A stretch of 64,000 bases of DNA from Dehalococcoidia bacterium (GCA_009377745.1 WHTK01000012.1:11742-75741); one strand, 5' to 3'. Shown: positions 24,111-34,920, counted from the stretch's first letter. Numbers and translations are program-made. The notes: generated by a model from the letters alone, not told the origin.

Positions 24111-24198
24111 GGCGGGCGCTGTCGCCAGAAAGACGGGGCGGCTATGCTGTGCGGTGCATGCTGATGCCTGATTGCTCCCCGTCCAGGAAGCGCGGCTG

Positions 24199-25416
24199 AT
24201 GTTCAAGAAGGTACTGGTCGCTAACCGCGGCGAGATTGCCGTCCGCGTCATGCGGGCCTGCCGCGACCTGGGGATAACCAGCGTGGCCGTCTATTCAGAG
24301 CCGGACGCGACGGCACTGCACACGCGCTACGCGGACGAAGCCTACTGCCTTGGTCCCGGCCCGGTGGCGGAGAGCTACCTCAACCCAAAGAAGGTCATCG
24401 AGGCGGCGAGGGCGTGCGGGGCGGACGCTATCCACCCCGGCTATGGCTTCCTCTCGGAGCGGGCCGAGTTCGCGCGAGCCGTAGCCGAGGCGGGGCTGGT
24501 CTTCATAGGCCCCTCGCCGGAGACGATGCGCCAGGTCGGTGACAAGGTGACGGCCAAGCAGATCGCGGCGGCAGCCGGAGTGCCCACTGTGCCAGGCACT
24601 AACGACCGCGCCGGCGTGGATGAAGCGCGGGAGATCGCCGGGCGCATTGGATACCCGTTGCTGATCAAGGCGGCGGCAGGCGGCGGCGGCAAGGGCATCA
24701 GGCTGGTCGAGAAGGCGGAGGACCTGGAGGCGTCGCTGCAGGTCGCGGCGGCGGAAGCGCAGGCCAACTTTGGCGATGGCGGGCTCTACGTCGAGAAGTT
24801 CCTCGACCCGGTGAGACACGTCGAGGTGCAGATCCTGGCCGACCGGCACGGCAACATCGTCCATCTGGGCGAGCGCGAGTGCTCTATTCAGCGCCGCAGC
24901 CAGAAGCTGGTGGAGGAATCGCCTTCCCCCGCCGTCGGGCCGGAGCTGAGAGGGCGCCTCGGCGCGGCGGCGATCGCCATCGCGCGCGAGTCCGGTTACG
25001 AGAACGCGGGGACGGTCGAGTTCCTGCTGGACCGCGACGGCGCCTTCTACTTTATCGAGGTCAACGCGAGGCTGCAGGTGGAGCATCCGGTCACGGAGCT
25101 GGTCACCGGCCTCGACCTGGTGCGGGAGCAGCTGCGCATCGCGGCGGGCGAGCAGTTGGGGTTCGCGCAGGAGGACGTCTATCTCAGGGGTTGGGCCATT
25201 GAGTGCCGGATTACGTCGGAGGACGCCGAGGGTGGCTTCATGCCGAGCCTGGGGCGCATTGATTTGGTCAGCGAGCCATCGGGCCCCGGTGTGCGCGTCG
25301 ATAGCTCGCTGTTCACCGGCCTCGAGGTCAGCCCCTACTACGACTCGCTGCTGGCAAAGGTAATCGTCTGGGGCCATGACCGGGACGAGGCGCTAGGCGG
25401 CTTGACCGCGCCCTGA
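24199..25416 (+). CDS. accC: biotin carboxylase (acetyl/acyl-CoA carboxylase BC component), major part; apparent frameshift near 25394
   Basis: [26 protein letters not shown]..., ATP-grasp [22 protein letters not shown]. Ends prematurely at ...[14 protein letters not shown]-stop. Confidence 0.88.
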   Translation: MFKKVLVANRGEIAVRVMRACRDLGITSVAVYSEPDATALHTRYADEAYCLGPGPVAESYLNPKKVIEAARACGADAIHPGYGFLSERAEFARAVAEAGLVFIGPSPETMRQVGDKVTAKQIAAAAGVPTVPGTNDRAGVDEAREIAGRIGYPLLIKAAAGGGGKGIRLVEKAEDLEASLQVAAAEAQANFGDGGLYVEKFLDPVRHVEVQILADRHGNIVHLGERECSIQRRSQKLVEESPSPAVGPELRGRLGAAAIAIARESGYENAGTVEFLLDRDGAFYFIEVNARLQVEHPVTELVTGLDLVREQLRIAAGEQLGFAQEDVYLRGWAIECRITSEDAEGGFMPSLGRIDLVSEPSGPGVRVDSSLFTGLEVSPYYDSLLAKVIVWGHDRDEALGGLTAP

Positions 25417-25724
25417 GCGAGTACCAGGTGCTCGGCATCAAGACGACGATCCCGTTCTTCCGTCAGCTACTCGAAAATGAGTCCTTTCGGGCCGGCGAGA
25501 TGGATACGCACTTCATCGACCGCAGCTTCCGGCCTGAGCCGGGCCAAGCGGAGCACGACACCGACGCCCTGGTTGTGGCGGCGCTGCTTTCGCACGGACG
25601 CCGAGTCGGCAATGGCGCCGTGGCTCATAGCAATGGCGCGAAGCCGGCGAATGGCTGGCGAGACGCGGCTCGCGCGCCAGAGCAGCCCCGTGGGGGAGGC
25701 GGCCGCTGGCGAAGTACTTTCTAA
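25395..25724 (+). CDS. accC: biotin carboxylase C-terminal part, in a shifted frame
   Basis: The shifted frame reads [41 protein letters not shown], the conserved BC C-terminal domain. A one-nt gap after GAG GCG CT explains the shift. Confidence 0.8.
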   Translation, partial: RRLDRALSEYQVLGIKTTIPFFRQLLENESFRAGEMDTHFIDRSFRPEPGQAEHDTDALVVAALLSHGRRVGNGAVAHSNGAKPANGWRDAARAPEQPRGGGGRWRSTF

Positions 25725-25807
25725 GACTCGGCGACCGCGAGATTGAGGCCGAGCTGGAGGAGACTTCGGAGGGGCTGCGAGTCAACATCGACGGCGATTG
25801 GCGCGTT

Positions 25808-26218
25808 GTGGGTCTGCACCAGCTTGGCAATTCGCCGCGCTACGTCCTGATGCTGGACGACCGCGTGATCGAGGTGCTGGTCCAGGAGGAGGCGCAGAGC
25901 TTCAACGTCCAGATCGGCGGGCGCGGCTACGAGGTGGAGACAGCGCGCGGCCGGGCGCGGCGTCGCGAGCAAGAGGCAGACTCGTTCATCGACGGTAAGT
26001 GGGCGTTGCGGGCGCCGCTGACGGGCGTCGTGGTGGAGGCCAGGGTCGCTGCCGGCGACGTGGTCGAGCGCGGCGATGTACTGATGGTGGTTGAGGCGAT
26101 GAAGATGCTGAACGAGCTGCGGGCGCGGGTGCCGGGCGTTGTGTCGACGGTGAACTTCGGGGAACGCGATCGGGTTGAGATTGGCACCGTGCTGGTGGAG
26201 ATCGGCGAGACGGCCTAG
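25808..26218 (+). CDS. biotin/lipoyl attachment (BCCP-like) protein
   Basis: EAMKM biotinylation motif. Family-like N-terminus ([17 protein letters not shown]...) continues in frame upstream to about 25706 with no ATG/GTG/TTG, so the true start is uncertain. Confidence 0.8.
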   Translation: MGLHQLGNSPRYVLMLDDRVIEVLVQEEAQSFNVQIGGRGYEVETARGRARRREQEADSFIDGKWALRAPLTGVVVEARVAAGDVVERGDVLMVVEAMKMLNELRARVPGVVSTVNFGERDRVEIGTVLVEIGETA

Positions 26219-26291
26219 CGGAGTTCGAGCCTTACTCCATTCACGTCACGCGCCTTTGAGCTAACGTAGACGAAACAGAATTACGAGACGG

Positions 26292-26336
26292 TCAAAGGCT
26301 GCCGCGCCTCGCCTGCGGGCGATGGCTCGCAGTGGG
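26292..26336 (+). repeat. two-box repeat, family 3
   Basis: TCAAAGGCTGCCGCGCC-N-GGCGATGGCTCGCAGTGGG. Confidence 0.7.
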
Positions 26337-26448
26337 TATGCCTCCAATAACACGTGTAGCCCCAGAGTGATGCTCGATCACTATTCGGATTGGCGTTGAT
26401 ACGCCTTAACGTTTGCGAATAATTTACCGGCGTTAACGACAAAGGGGC

Positions 26449-26508
26449 TTGACAGTCTTAGGACGTTCGTTCTAATCTTGGGCAAGGAATCAGAACGAAC
26501 GTCCTAAG
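26449..26508 (+). promoter_or_regulatory. near-consensus promoter overlapped by a perfect 17-bp inverted repeat (operator or 5'-UTR hairpin)
   Basis: TTGACA (26449-26454), 18-nt spacer, TAATCT (26473-26478). IR arms are CTTAGGACGTTCGTTCT (26457-26473) and AGAACGAACGTCCTAAG (26492-26508). The right arm overlaps the AAGGAGG Shine-Dalgarno sequence. Confidence 0.6.
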
Positions 26509-26517
26509 GAGGATGGA

Positions 26518-26604
26518 ATGCTGTTCATCGCTGTTGCTGTTGTGCTTTGCGCCGCTTATTTGCTGTGGCAGCTCTGGGAGGCCGACCTGGCCGACGACCG
26601 GTAG
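26518..26604 (+). CDS. hypothetical 28-aa hydrophobic peptide
   Basis: My own translation: MLFIAVAVVLCAAYLLWQLWEADLADDR. AAGGAGG lies 5 nt upstream. Below the ORF-track size cut-off. Confidence 0.4.
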   Translation: MLFIAVAVVLCAAYLLWQLWEADLADDR

Positions 26605-26689
26605 GGGCCGGACGGGTGCACTATGAATGCTAGAATCGACGTGAACCGCGGCGCGCCCTTCAACGAGGGGCTCCCCGCCTTCGCGCGCC

Positions 26690-27589
26690 ATGGATATTCC
26701 CAACACGAGCATGCTCGTCACGTTATTCGCGATCAGCGTCATGGACGTCTTCGACTGGCTGCTGGGCCTGCCGGAGACGGTCTTTCATGGCTACAGCTCG
26801 CTGATCCGCTGGGGTGTCGACTCCGCCCGCTCGCTGTTTGAGTCCTACGGCTACTGGGTAATCTTCCTCGGCACCCTTTTCGAAAATACGCTGTTCCTGG
26901 GACTAATTGTCCCGGGCGCGCTCGTCCTGATCATCGCCGGGCTGGCGGCACACGACGGCGCTATTTCGGTCCCTTACGCCATCGGCCTTGGCATCGCTGG
27001 GACAGTAATCGGCGATACGATCAGCTACTGCCTCGGCCGCTTCGGCTGGTCGCGTTTTGGCAACGCCAAGATGTTCAGGGAGTTCAACGAGAAAGTGCGG
27101 GAGCCGATCCTGCGCCGCGGCACGCTTTTCGTGCTGATCTATCACTTCGCCGGCTACACGCGCGTGGTTGGGCCAACGGCCGCCGGCTTTCTCAAGATGC
27201 CCTACGCGAAGTGGGCGCCCGCAGACTATACCGGCGCGGCGCTATGGGTCTGCCTTTACCTCGGTATCGGCTACGGGCTTGGGCTGCTGGGCCTGAGCCT
27301 GGACACGACGGATGACTACTTCCGTTACGTCGAGTGGGGGCTGCTTGCCATCGTCTTCATCTGGGGGTCGTACGTATACCGGACGGCTATGCGCGCCTTC
27401 GAGAGCCGCGAGGACGAGGATGAGAAGGCGGAGGGAGAAGACGCCGGCCGCGGTAGCAGAGTAGTGGGCTGGATTGACGATAATCAGCCGGCGAGCGATT
27501 CGTTTGAATCTCGCATCGTCAGTCTTGAGATCAAAGCGAGCCACCCCTCCCCAGATGCCGCGCCTCGCTATCGCGATGGCTCGCAGTGA
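26690..27589 (+). CDS. DedA family (SNARE-associated) membrane protein
   Basis: 299 aa with DedA blocks (YGYWVIFLGTLFENTLFLGLIVPG ... GDTISYCLGRFG). The last 31 codons are encoded by the repeat at 27497-27596. Confidence 0.85.
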   Translation: MDIPNTSMLVTLFAISVMDVFDWLLGLPETVFHGYSSLIRWGVDSARSLFESYGYWVIFLGTLFENTLFLGLIVPGALVLIIAGLAAHDGAISVPYAIGLGIAGTVIGDTISYCLGRFGWSRFGNAKMFREFNEKVREPILRRGTLFVLIYHFAGYTRVVGPTAAGFLKMPYAKWAPADYTGAALWVCLYLGIGYGLGLLGLSLDTTDDYFRYVEWGLLAIVFIWGSYVYRTAMRAFESREDEDEKAEGEDAGRGSRVVGWIDDNQPASDSFESRIVSLEIKASHPSPDAAPRYRDGSQ

Positions 27590-27596
27590 CAGATTC
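27497..27596 (+). repeat. about 100-nt repeat, copy 1 (contains a family-3 core at 27551-27596)
   Basis: Almost identical to 27647-27747; about 4 differences by eye. Confidence 0.85.
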
Positions 27597-27646
27597 AAGG
27601 TGTGGAGTAACCGCGCTGGACTTAACGATAAATTTCATTGGCTGTT

Positions 27647-27747
27647 GATCCGTTTGAATCTCGCATCGTCAGTCTTGAGATCAAAGCGAGCCACCCCTCC
27701 CCAGATTGCCGCGCCTCGCTGTCGCGATGGCTCGCAATGACAGATTC
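27647..27747 (+). repeat. about 100-nt repeat, copy 2 (contains a family-3 core at 27701-27747)
   Basis: GATCCGTTTGAATCTCGCATCGTCAGTCTTGAGATCAAAGCGAGCCACCCCTCCCCAGATTGCCGCGCCTCGCTGTCGCGATGGCTCGCAATGACAGATTC. Confidence 0.85.
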
Positions 27748-27786
27748 GCCGATGGAGCAGGCCAAGTTCACGGGTCACATGTCTTT

Positions 27787-28221
27787 ATGAACTCCGAAAC
27801 CAACGTCAAGCAGGCAGTACCGTTCCTTCGGGTTTCGAACATCGAGGACTCGCTGGCGTACTACGTCTATGGACTCGACTTTAACGTCCACAATAAGTGG
27901 GTGGACGACGGCAAGCTGCGCTGGTGCTGGCTGACGATAGGCGGGGGCGCGCTTATGTTGCAGCAGTTCTCGAAGGAAGGGCCAGACGCCTGGACGCCGA
28001 GTGGCAAGCTGGGCGAGGGCGTTTCGATCTACTTCATCTGTGAGGACGCGCTGGCGATCTATCGCTACGCCACGGCGCGGGGATTGAAGACGTCCACGCC
28101 GTTCGTGGGTAACGGGATGTGGGTGACGTCGCTGGCCGACCCGGATGGCTACGAGATCATCTTCGAGAGCGCGACGGACGCGCCGGACGAGGCGGAGTAC
28201 GACGATACGCCGCCGGGCTAG
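27787..28221 (+). CDS. VOC family (glyoxalase/bleomycin-resistance-like) protein
   Basis: Start trimmed to MNSETNVKQAVPFLRVSNIEDSLAYY; the upstream ORF extension is repeat-encoded. Confidence 0.75.
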   Translation: MNSETNVKQAVPFLRVSNIEDSLAYYVYGLDFNVHNKWVDDGKLRWCWLTIGGGALMLQQFSKEGPDAWTPSGKLGEGVSIYFICEDALAIYRYATARGLKTSTPFVGNGMWVTSLADPDGYEIIFESATDAPDEAEYDDTPPG

Positions 28222-28274
28222 AGGCAGCGGTAAGGCGTTACAGACCTCAGAAGAAACGAGGGTGTGATCTTAAT

Positions 28275-28307
28275 GGGCAAGATTCCTCGTGCCTCGGAAT
28301 GACAAGG
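28275..28307 (+). repeat. two-box repeat, family 2
   Basis: GGGCAAGATTCCTCGTGCCTCGGAATGACAAGG. Confidence 0.8.
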
Positions 28308-28440
28308 ATGACTCTCTCGATTTATGAAGTCGGCAAGATCCCCTTCGGTTGGGAGGCCGCCACCCCTCCCCTGGCGACCTAAAGGTCGCCGCTACAGCGC
28401 CAGAAGTCGCATGAGTCGGACTGAGGAAGGCGTAGTTGGG

Positions 28441-29889
28441 TTATAGGCCGGGGTGGGGGAGTTCGGATTCACCCATGAGGAACATATCGACGCCGTAGGC
28501 TGCTTCCCGGCCCTCTGCCATCGCCCAGACGACGAGCGACTGGCCGCGTGAGGCATCGCCGGCGGCGAAGATGCCTGGGACGCTGGTCATCTTGTTGCGG
28601 TCCGTCTTGACGTTGCCGCGCGGGTCGAGCTCAACGCCGAGGGAGTCAACGAGGCCGCCCTTCTCAGGGTAAAGGAAGCCCATCGCGAGGAGGACGAGGT
28701 CGGCATCGACCTGGAACTCGCTGCCGGCGACCTCTACCATCTGGGGCCGGCCGGTGGCGTCGGCCTCCCAGCCGACGCGGACGCCGTGCAGATTCTCGAC
28801 GAGGCCATCGCTGCCGGAGAGGCTCGTGGTGAGGATGCTGTAGTCGCGCACACCGCCCTCTTCGTGGGCGGCGGAGCTACGCAGGATCAGCGGCCACTGG
28901 GGCCAGGGGTTGTTGCCGGAGCGCTGTAGCGGCGGCTCGGGCATGATCTCGTACTGGCGGACGATCTCCGCGCCCTGGCGGTGGGCTGTGCCGAGGCAGT
29001 CCGCGCCGGTATCACCGCCGCCGAGGATGATGACGCGCTTGCCTTCGGCGGTGATGCGATCTTCGGGGGAGACGGTCTCGCCGGCGTTGATCTTGTTCTG
29101 CTGGGTGAGGTAATCCATCGCGAAGTGGACGCCCTGGAGCTCGCGGCCGGGGACCTCGAGGTTTCGCGGGATGGTGGAGCCGATGGCGAGGAGGATGACA
29201 TCGAAGCTGCTCTTAAGCTCCTCGACCGTAAGGTTGCGGCCGGCATAGACACCGGTCTTGAAGACAATGCCCTCTTCCTGCATCTGCTGGACGCGGCGCT
29301 CGACGACGAGCTTTTCGAGCTTGAAGTCCGGGATACCAAGGCGCAGGAGGCCGCCGATGTAGTTGTCGCGCTCGAAGACGGTGACGCTGTGGCCGGCGCG
29401 GTTGAGCTGCTGGGCGGCAGCGAGGCCGGCAGGGCCGGAGCCGATAACGGCTACCGTCTTGCCGGTGCGCATTAGCGGCGGCTGGGGCTTGATCCAGCCC
29501 TCATCCCAACCGCGGTCCGAGATCGCCTTCTCGATGTACTCGATGGTGACGGGGTCCTGGTTGATCGCGAGGGTGCAGGCTGCCTCGCAGGGGGCGGGGC
29601 AGATGCGGCCCGTGAACTCCGGGAAGTTGTTGGTGGCGTGGAGGGCGGCGAGGGCGCGCTCCCATTGGCCCTTGTAGACGAGGTCGTTCCAGTCCGGGAT
29701 CAGGTTGCCGAGGGGACAGCCCTTGTGGCAGAAGGGTATGCCGCAGTCCATGCAGCGACCACCCTGGCCGCGTGCCTGCTCCTCGGTCCAGTCGAGGTAG
29801 AACTCGTTGTAGTCACGGACGCGCTCGCCCACGGGCCGGCGCGGAGGACCCTGACGCGGCACTTCCTTGAATCCCTGGGGGTCGCCCAA
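28441..29889 (-). CDS. gltD: glutamate synthase small subunit (NADPH)
   Basis: 482 aa. Fe-S Cys clusters (CMDCGIPFCHKGCPLGN, CPAPCEAAC). FAD/NAD Rossmann motifs (VAVIGSGPAGLAAA, VIILGGGDTGADC). Confidence 0.93.
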   Translation of the reverse strand: MGDPQGFKEVPRQGPPRRPVGERVRDYNEFYLDWTEEQARGQGGRCMDCGIPFCHKGCPLGNLIPDWNDLVYKGQWERALAALHATNNFPEFTGRICPAPCEAACTLAINQDPVTIEYIEKAISDRGWDEGWIKPQPPLMRTGKTVAVIGSGPAGLAAAQQLNRAGHSVTVFERDNYIGGLLRLGIPDFKLEKLVVERRVQQMQEEGIVFKTGVYAGRNLTVEELKSSFDVILLAIGSTIPRNLEVPGRELQGVHFAMDYLTQQNKINAGETVSPEDRITAEGKRVIILGGGDTGADCLGTAHRQGAEIVRQYEIMPEPPLQRSGNNPWPQWPLILRSSAAHEEGGVRDYSILTTSLSGSDGLVENLHGVRVGWEADATGRPQMVEVAGSEFQVDADLVLLAMGFLYPEKGGLVDSLGVELDPRGNVKTDRNKMTSVPGIFAAGDASRGQSLVVWAMAEGREAAYGVDMFLMGESELPHPGL

Positions 29890-29900
29890 ATGCGTGCCCT

Positions 29901-32900
29901 CTAGCTGGCCGAGGCCGCGAACGCCGCTTCTTCAGCGCGGCGCATCCGGTCGGCCAGGACACGTTTGTAATCGCGGGGCATGACTTTGACGAACTTCGGC
30001 AGCATCGCGTCCCAGGAATCGAGCACTCGGCGCGCGTTGGCGCTGCCGGTGGCTTCGAGGTGCTCTTCGAGGAGGCGGCGCAGGTCTTCCTTGTCATCGT
30101 CATCAACGACGGGCTCCAGATCGACCATGTTGGTGTTGCAAAGGGAGGCGAAGCGACCCGCCTCGTCCAGGACGAAGGCCTCGCCGCCGCTCATGCCGGC
30201 CGCGAAGTTGCGTCCCGTTGGGCCGAGGACGACGACGCGTCCGCCGGTCATGTACTCGCAGCCGTGGTCGCCGACGCCTTCGACGACGGCCTCGGCGCCG
30301 CTGTTGCGGACGGCGAAGCGCTCACCAGCGATGCCGCGGATGAAGGCCTTGCCGCTGGTAGCGCCGTAGAGCACGACGTTACCGACGAGGATGTTCTCTT
30401 CCGGCACGAAAGGCGCTTCGGCTGGTGGCTTGATGACGACGACGCCACCGGAGAGGCCCTTGCCGAAGTAGTCATTGGCGTCGCCTTCGACGTTCATGGT
30501 CACGCCCTTAGCCAGGAAGGCGGCGAAGCTCTGACCGGCGGAGCCGCGGAAGTTGACTTGGATCGTGCCGTCCGGCAGGCCGTCCTCACCGTAACGGCGG
30601 GCGACCTCGTAGCTGAGCATGGCGCCGACAGTGCGGTTGGCGTTGCTGATGGAGAGGTCGATCTGAGCCGGCTCAAGATTGTCGAGGGCGGCGCGGCTGC
30701 GGGCGATGATTTCGTGGTCGAGGGCTCGGTCGATGCCGTGGTCCTGCTGCTCCTGGCAGTAGGTGGCGATGCCATCGGGGACGTTGGGACGGTGGAGCAA
30801 CGAGGCGAAGTCGAGGCCGCGCGCCTTCCAATGCTCGACGGCCTTGCGGCCATCCAGCATGTCGACACGGCCGATCATCTCGTTGACGGTGCGGAAGCCG
30901 AGCTCGGCCATGATGGCGCGCAATTGATCGGCGATGAAGAAGAAGTAGTTGATGACGTGCTCGGGCTCGCCGGCGAAGCGCTTGCGCAGCTCCGGGTCCT
31001 GGGTGGCGATGCCGACAGAGCAGGTGTTGAGGTGGCACTTGCGCAACATGATGCAGCCCATGACGACCAGGGGCGCCGTCGCGAAGCCGAACTCCTCCGC
31101 GCCGAGGAGGCAAGCGATGGCGACGTCGCGGCCGGTCTTGAGCTGGCCGTCGGTCTGGACGACGATGCGGCCGCGCAGGTCGTTGCCGACCAGCACCTGC
31201 TGCGTCTCGGCGACGCCCAGCTCCCAGGGCAGGCCGGCGTTCTTGATCGATGACTCCGGCGAGGCGCCGGTGCCTCCCGAATCGCCGCTGATCAGGACGA
31301 CATCGCCGTGTCCCTTGGAGACGCCGGCGGCGATGGTGCCAACACCGAACTCGGAGACGAGCTTGACGTGGATACGGGCGGCCGGGTTCGAGTTCTTGAG
31401 GTCGTGGATCAGCTGCGCCAGGTCTTCGATGGAGTAGATATCGTGGTGCGGCGGCGGCGAGATCAGCTCGACGCCGGGGGTTGTGTGGCGCACCCAGCCG
31501 ATGTACTCGTCTACTTTGTGACCGGGGAGCTGGCCGCCCTCGCCGGGCTTGGAGCCCTGCGCCATCTTGATCTGGAGGTCGCTGGCGTGGGCCAGGTAGT
31601 TGGCGGTGACGCCGAAGCGGCCGGAGGCGACTTGCTTGATGGCGCTCTGACGCGAGTCGCCGTTGGCGTCGGCCTGATAGCGGTGGTAGTCCTCGCCGCC
31701 CTCACCGGTGTTGCTGCGGGCGCCGATGCGGTTCATGGCGATGGCCAGCGTCTCGTGCGCCTCGCGGCTGATCGAGCCGAGGGAGGCGGCGCCGGTCGCG
31801 AAGCGCTTGACGATCTCGGCGGCGGGCTCGACCTCATCGATGGAGACGGGCGCGCCGGGCTTGAAATCGAGGAGGCCGCGGATGGTGCAGAGGCGGCGGC
31901 TCTCGGCGTCGATCAGGTCGGTAAACTGCTGGAAGGACTCGAAGTTGTTGGTGCGGGTCGAGTGCTGTAGCAGGGCGATCGTGTCCGGGTTGTACATGTG
32001 GTACTCGCCGTCGCGACGCCACTGGTAGATACCGCCCGACTGGAGGTCGAGGACGCCGGAGAGGACGCGCTGGGGGTAGGCCTGGCGATGGCGGCGCAGG
32101 GTCTCGGCTTCGATCTCCTCGATGCCGACGCCGCCAATGCGCGAGGCCGTCCAGCTGAAGTAGCGGTCGATGAAGTCCTGGCGCAGGCCGATGGCCTCGA
32201 AGATCTGGGCGCCGCGGTAGCTCTGCAGGGTGGAGATTCCCATCTTGGACATGATCTTGAGGACGCCCTTGTGCAGCGCCTTGACGTAATTCTTCTCCGC
32301 CGTGTGGTAATCAATCGGCCTGGGCATGACGTCGCGGCGGCAGAGGTCGTTGAGGGTCTCAAAAGCGAGGTAGGGGTTGACCGCGCCGGCGCCGAAGCCG
32401 ATGAGCATGGCGAAGTGGTGCACGTCGCGCGGCTCTGCTGACTCGACGACAAGACCGACCCTGGTGCGAGTGCCTTCGCGGACCAGGTGATGGTGGACGG
32501 CCGCTGTCGAGAGGAGGCTAGGGATGGCCATGTGCGTGGCATCGACACCGCGGTCCGAGAGGATGAGGACCGCCACACCATCGGCGACGGCGGCTGAGGC
32601 CTCGGCGCAGAGGCGGTCGAGGGCGGCGGCCATAGAGCCGGTGGCAGACGTGGATTGATCTGAATGCAGTGTCCGCCCATTCCCCGCAGCCGGCCTCACA
32701 TTGGATTGGCCGTTGCCGTTAGAGCCATTGGAGCTCGGGTGATAGACATCGAACAGGGTGGAGAGGGTGCGGGAGCTGAGCTTGCCGGCGCTGAGCTCGC
32801 GGATCTTGGCCAGCTCACGGTTGGTGAGGAAAGGCTCTTTGAGCTTGAGCTGGTGGCAGTGCTCCGGCGTCTCATCGAAGAGGTTGTGGTCGGAGCCGAT

Positions 32901-34577
32901 GAAGGTTTCGAGAGAGGTGACAAGCTCCTCGCGCATAGCGTCAAGCGGCGGGTTGCTGACCTGGGCGAACAGCTGGCGGAAGTAGCCGAAGAGCAGCGGA
33001 TTCATGTCCGAAAGGACGGCAAGGGGCGTGTCGTTGCCCATGGAGCCGACCGGCTCGGCGCCCGCGGTGGCCATTGGCTCCAGGATGACTTCGATGTCCT
33101 CCTGGGTGTAGCCGAAGGCCTGCTGGCGCTTGAGCAGCGTCTCATCGTCGAAATCGGGGATGCTGCCAGGCTCCGGCAGGTCGTCGATCCGGACACGATT
33201 CTGGGCCAGCCACTCGGCGTAAGGGCGGCGACCGACGAGATCGCCCTTGATCTCAGCGTCGTCGATCAGACGGCCGGCTTTGGTGTCGAGCAGGAACATG
33301 CGACCGGGCTGGATGCGGCGCTTGAAGAGCACGCTCTCCGGCGGCACGTCGAGCACGCCGGTCTCGGAAGCCATGACGAGCAGGTCGTCAGTGGTGACGA
33401 GGTAGCGGCAGGGACGGAGGCCGTTGCGGTCGAGGATGGCGCAGACCTGGGCGCCGTCCGTGCCGATGATCAGCGCCGGGCCGTCCCAGGGCTCCATGAG
33501 GGTCGAGTGGTATTCGTAGAAGGCCTTCTTATCGGCGTCCATGGGGATGTGGTCCGCCCAGGCCTCCGGGATCAGCATCATCATGGCGTGCGGCAGCGTG
33601 CGACCCGTCGCGAGGAGCAGCTCAAGGGCGTTGTCGAGGGTAGCCGTATCGCTCTGGGCCTGGGTGATCACGGGGACGATCTTGGCGACGTCCTCGCCGA
33701 GGGTTGATGAGGAAAACTGCTTCTCGCGCGCGGCCATCCAGTTGATGTTGCCGCGCAGGGTGTTGATCTCGCCGTTGTGGACCACGTAGCGGTAAGGGTG
33801 GGCGAGCTTCCAGGTACCAAGGGTGTTGGTGCTGAAGCGCGAGTGGACCAGCGCGAAGGCGGAGGTCATCGACTCATGACTGAGGTCATGAAAGAAGGGT
33901 TGAATCTGGCCGGCGATAAGGAGGCCCTTGAAGACCAGCGTACGAGAGGAGAGGCTGCAGATGTAGAAGGTGTCGCGCTCCGGCATGCCGGTTTCGGCGG
34001 CGATGGCCTTTTCGATCTGCTTGCGAATGACGTAGAGCTTAAGCTCGAATTGCGACTCGTCCTCGATGCGCGGTGAGCGCGCGATGAAGAACTGGCGGAT
34101 CTGAGGCATGACGTGGACTGCCAGCACGCCGATGGCGTCCGGGTTGACGGGCACGTCGCGCCAGCCGAGGAAACCCTGGCCTTCAGCCTCGACGATCTGC
34201 TCGATGATGCCCTCGCAACGGTGGCGCTGACCGGGCTCCTGCGGCAAGAAGGTCATGCCGACGGCATACTCACCACGATGAGGCAGGTCGATGTCGAGGC
34301 GGCCGGCCTCTTTCTGGAAGAACTCGTGCGGCAGCTGGATCGTGATGCCGGCGCCGTCGCCGGTGCGGGGGTCGGCGCCACAGGCGCCGCGGTGGCCGAG
34401 GTTGATCAGGACCTCGATGCCCTGATCGATGATCTTGTGGGAGCGTGTCCCCTTGATGTTGGCGACCAGACCGACGCCACAGGCGTCGTGCTCCTGCGTG
34501 GGATCGTAGAGACCCTGCTTGGTCAGAGGTGGCAGATCGGGAAATCTATACGGCTCGCTCATCGACTGCTTGAGCAT
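29901..34577 (-). CDS. gltB: glutamate synthase large subunit
   Basis: Ntn amidotransferase N-terminus (HDACGVG), FMN and GXGXG domains. The ORF is open to a TTG at 34652. I prefer the ATG at 34577 ([10 protein letters not shown]); the start is uncertain. Confidence 0.93.
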   Translation of the reverse strand: MLKQSMSEPYRFPDLPPLTKQGLYDPTQEHDACGVGLVANIKGTRSHKIIDQGIEVLINLGHRGACGADPRTGDGAGITIQLPHEFFQKEAGRLDIDLPHRGEYAVGMTFLPQEPGQRHRCEGIIEQIVEAEGQGFLGWRDVPVNPDAIGVLAVHVMPQIRQFFIARSPRIEDESQFELKLYVIRKQIEKAIAAETGMPERDTFYICSLSSRTLVFKGLLIAGQIQPFFHDLSHESMTSAFALVHSRFSTNTLGTWKLAHPYRYVVHNGEINTLRGNINWMAAREKQFSSSTLGEDVAKIVPVITQAQSDTATLDNALELLLATGRTLPHAMMMLIPEAWADHIPMDADKKAFYEYHSTLMEPWDGPALIIGTDGAQVCAILDRNGLRPCRYLVTTDDLLVMASETGVLDVPPESVLFKRRIQPGRMFLLDTKAGRLIDDAEIKGDLVGRRPYAEWLAQNRVRIDDLPEPGSIPDFDDETLLKRQQAFGYTQEDIEVILEPMATAGAEPVGSMGNDTPLAVLSDMNPLLFGYFRQLFAQVSNPPLDAMREELVTSLETFIGSDHNLFDETPEHCHQLKLKEPFLTNRELAKIRELSAGKLSSRTLSTLFDVYHPSSNGSNGNGQSNVRPAAGNGRTLHSDQSTSATGSMAAALDRLCAEASAAVADGVAVLILSDRGVDATHMAIPSLLSTAAVHHHLVREGTRTRVGLVVESAEPRDVHHFAMLIGFGAGAVNPYLAFETLNDLCRRDVMPRPIDYHTAEKNYVKALHKGVLKIMSKMGISTLQSYRGAQIFEAIGLRQDFIDRYFSWTASRIGGVGIEEIEAETLRRHRQAYPQRVLSGVLDLQSGGIYQWRRDGEYHMYNPDTIALLQHSTRTNNFESFQQFTDLIDAESRRLCTIRGLLDFKPGAPVSIDEVEPAAEIVKRFATGAASLGSISREAHETLAIAMNRIGARSNTGEGGEDYHRYQADANGDSRQSAIKQVASGRFGVTANYLAHASDLQIKMAQGSKPGEGGQLPGHKVDEYIGWVRHTTPGVELISPPPHHDIYSIEDLAQLIHDLKNSNPAARIHVKLVSEFGVGTIAAGVSKGHGDVVLISGDSGGTGASPESSIKNAGLPWELGVAETQQVLVGNDLRGRIVVQTDGQLKTGRDVAIACLLGAEEFGFATAPLVVMGCIMLRKCHLNTCSVGIATQDPELRKRFAGEPEHVINYFFFIADQLRAIMAELGFRTVNEMIGRVDMLDGRKAVEHWKARGLDFASLLHRPNVPDGIATYCQEQQDHGIDRALDHEIIARSRAALDNLEPAQIDLSISNANRTVGAMLSYEVARRYGEDGLPDGTIQVNFRGSAGQSFAAFLAKGVTMNVEGDANDYFGKGLSGGVVVIKPPAEAPFVPEENILVGNVVLYGATSGKAFIRGIAGERFAVRNSGAEAVVEGVGDHGCEYMTGGRVVVLGPTGRNFAAGMSGGEAFVLDEAGRFASLCNTNMVDLEPVVDDDDKEDLRRLLEEHLEATGSANARRVLDSWDAMLPKFVKVMPRDYKRVLADRMRRAEEAAFAASAS

Positions 34578-34695
34578 CTCCACCACAAGATTTTTCGGGG
34601 CCGAGCCCGCGCGAGCGGCGGGATCGTGACTAAAGCCAAACCGGCCCGCCAATGCGGTGGGCCGGCAAGCTGTGACCGGAATAATAATTCCCCAT

Positions 34696-34743
34696 CAGCC
34701 AACGCGCAAGTGATTTGATTCACGTACCAGGACGCGTTGGCTG
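34696..34743. promoter_or_regulatory. perfect 11-bp inverted repeat in the gltB upstream/leader region
   Basis: CAGCCAACGCG-N26-CGCGTTGGCTG. A perfect TATAAT on the minus strand (34764-34769) lies just upstream of it relative to gltB. Confidence 0.35.
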
Positions 34744-34850
34744 CCTATAGAAAACCTCAAATGATTATAGACATCCCTTGTAGTCAGCAGGGCTTTGTTC
34801 CTCCTTCGCGACAGGGTCTGACGATGGACGTCGAAGCAGACTGATCATGG

Positions 34851-34900
34851 GGGCGAGATTTCCTTCGACAGGCTCAGGACGTGCCTCGGAATGACAAGGG
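34851..34900 (+). repeat. two-box repeat, family 2 variant
   Basis: GGGCGAGATTTCCTTCGACAGGCTCAGGACGTGCCTCGGAATGACAAGGG. A box-B-only partial copy lies at 34988-35008. Confidence 0.7.
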
Positions 34901-34920
34901 TTGGCGTGCGGCTCGCTGCC

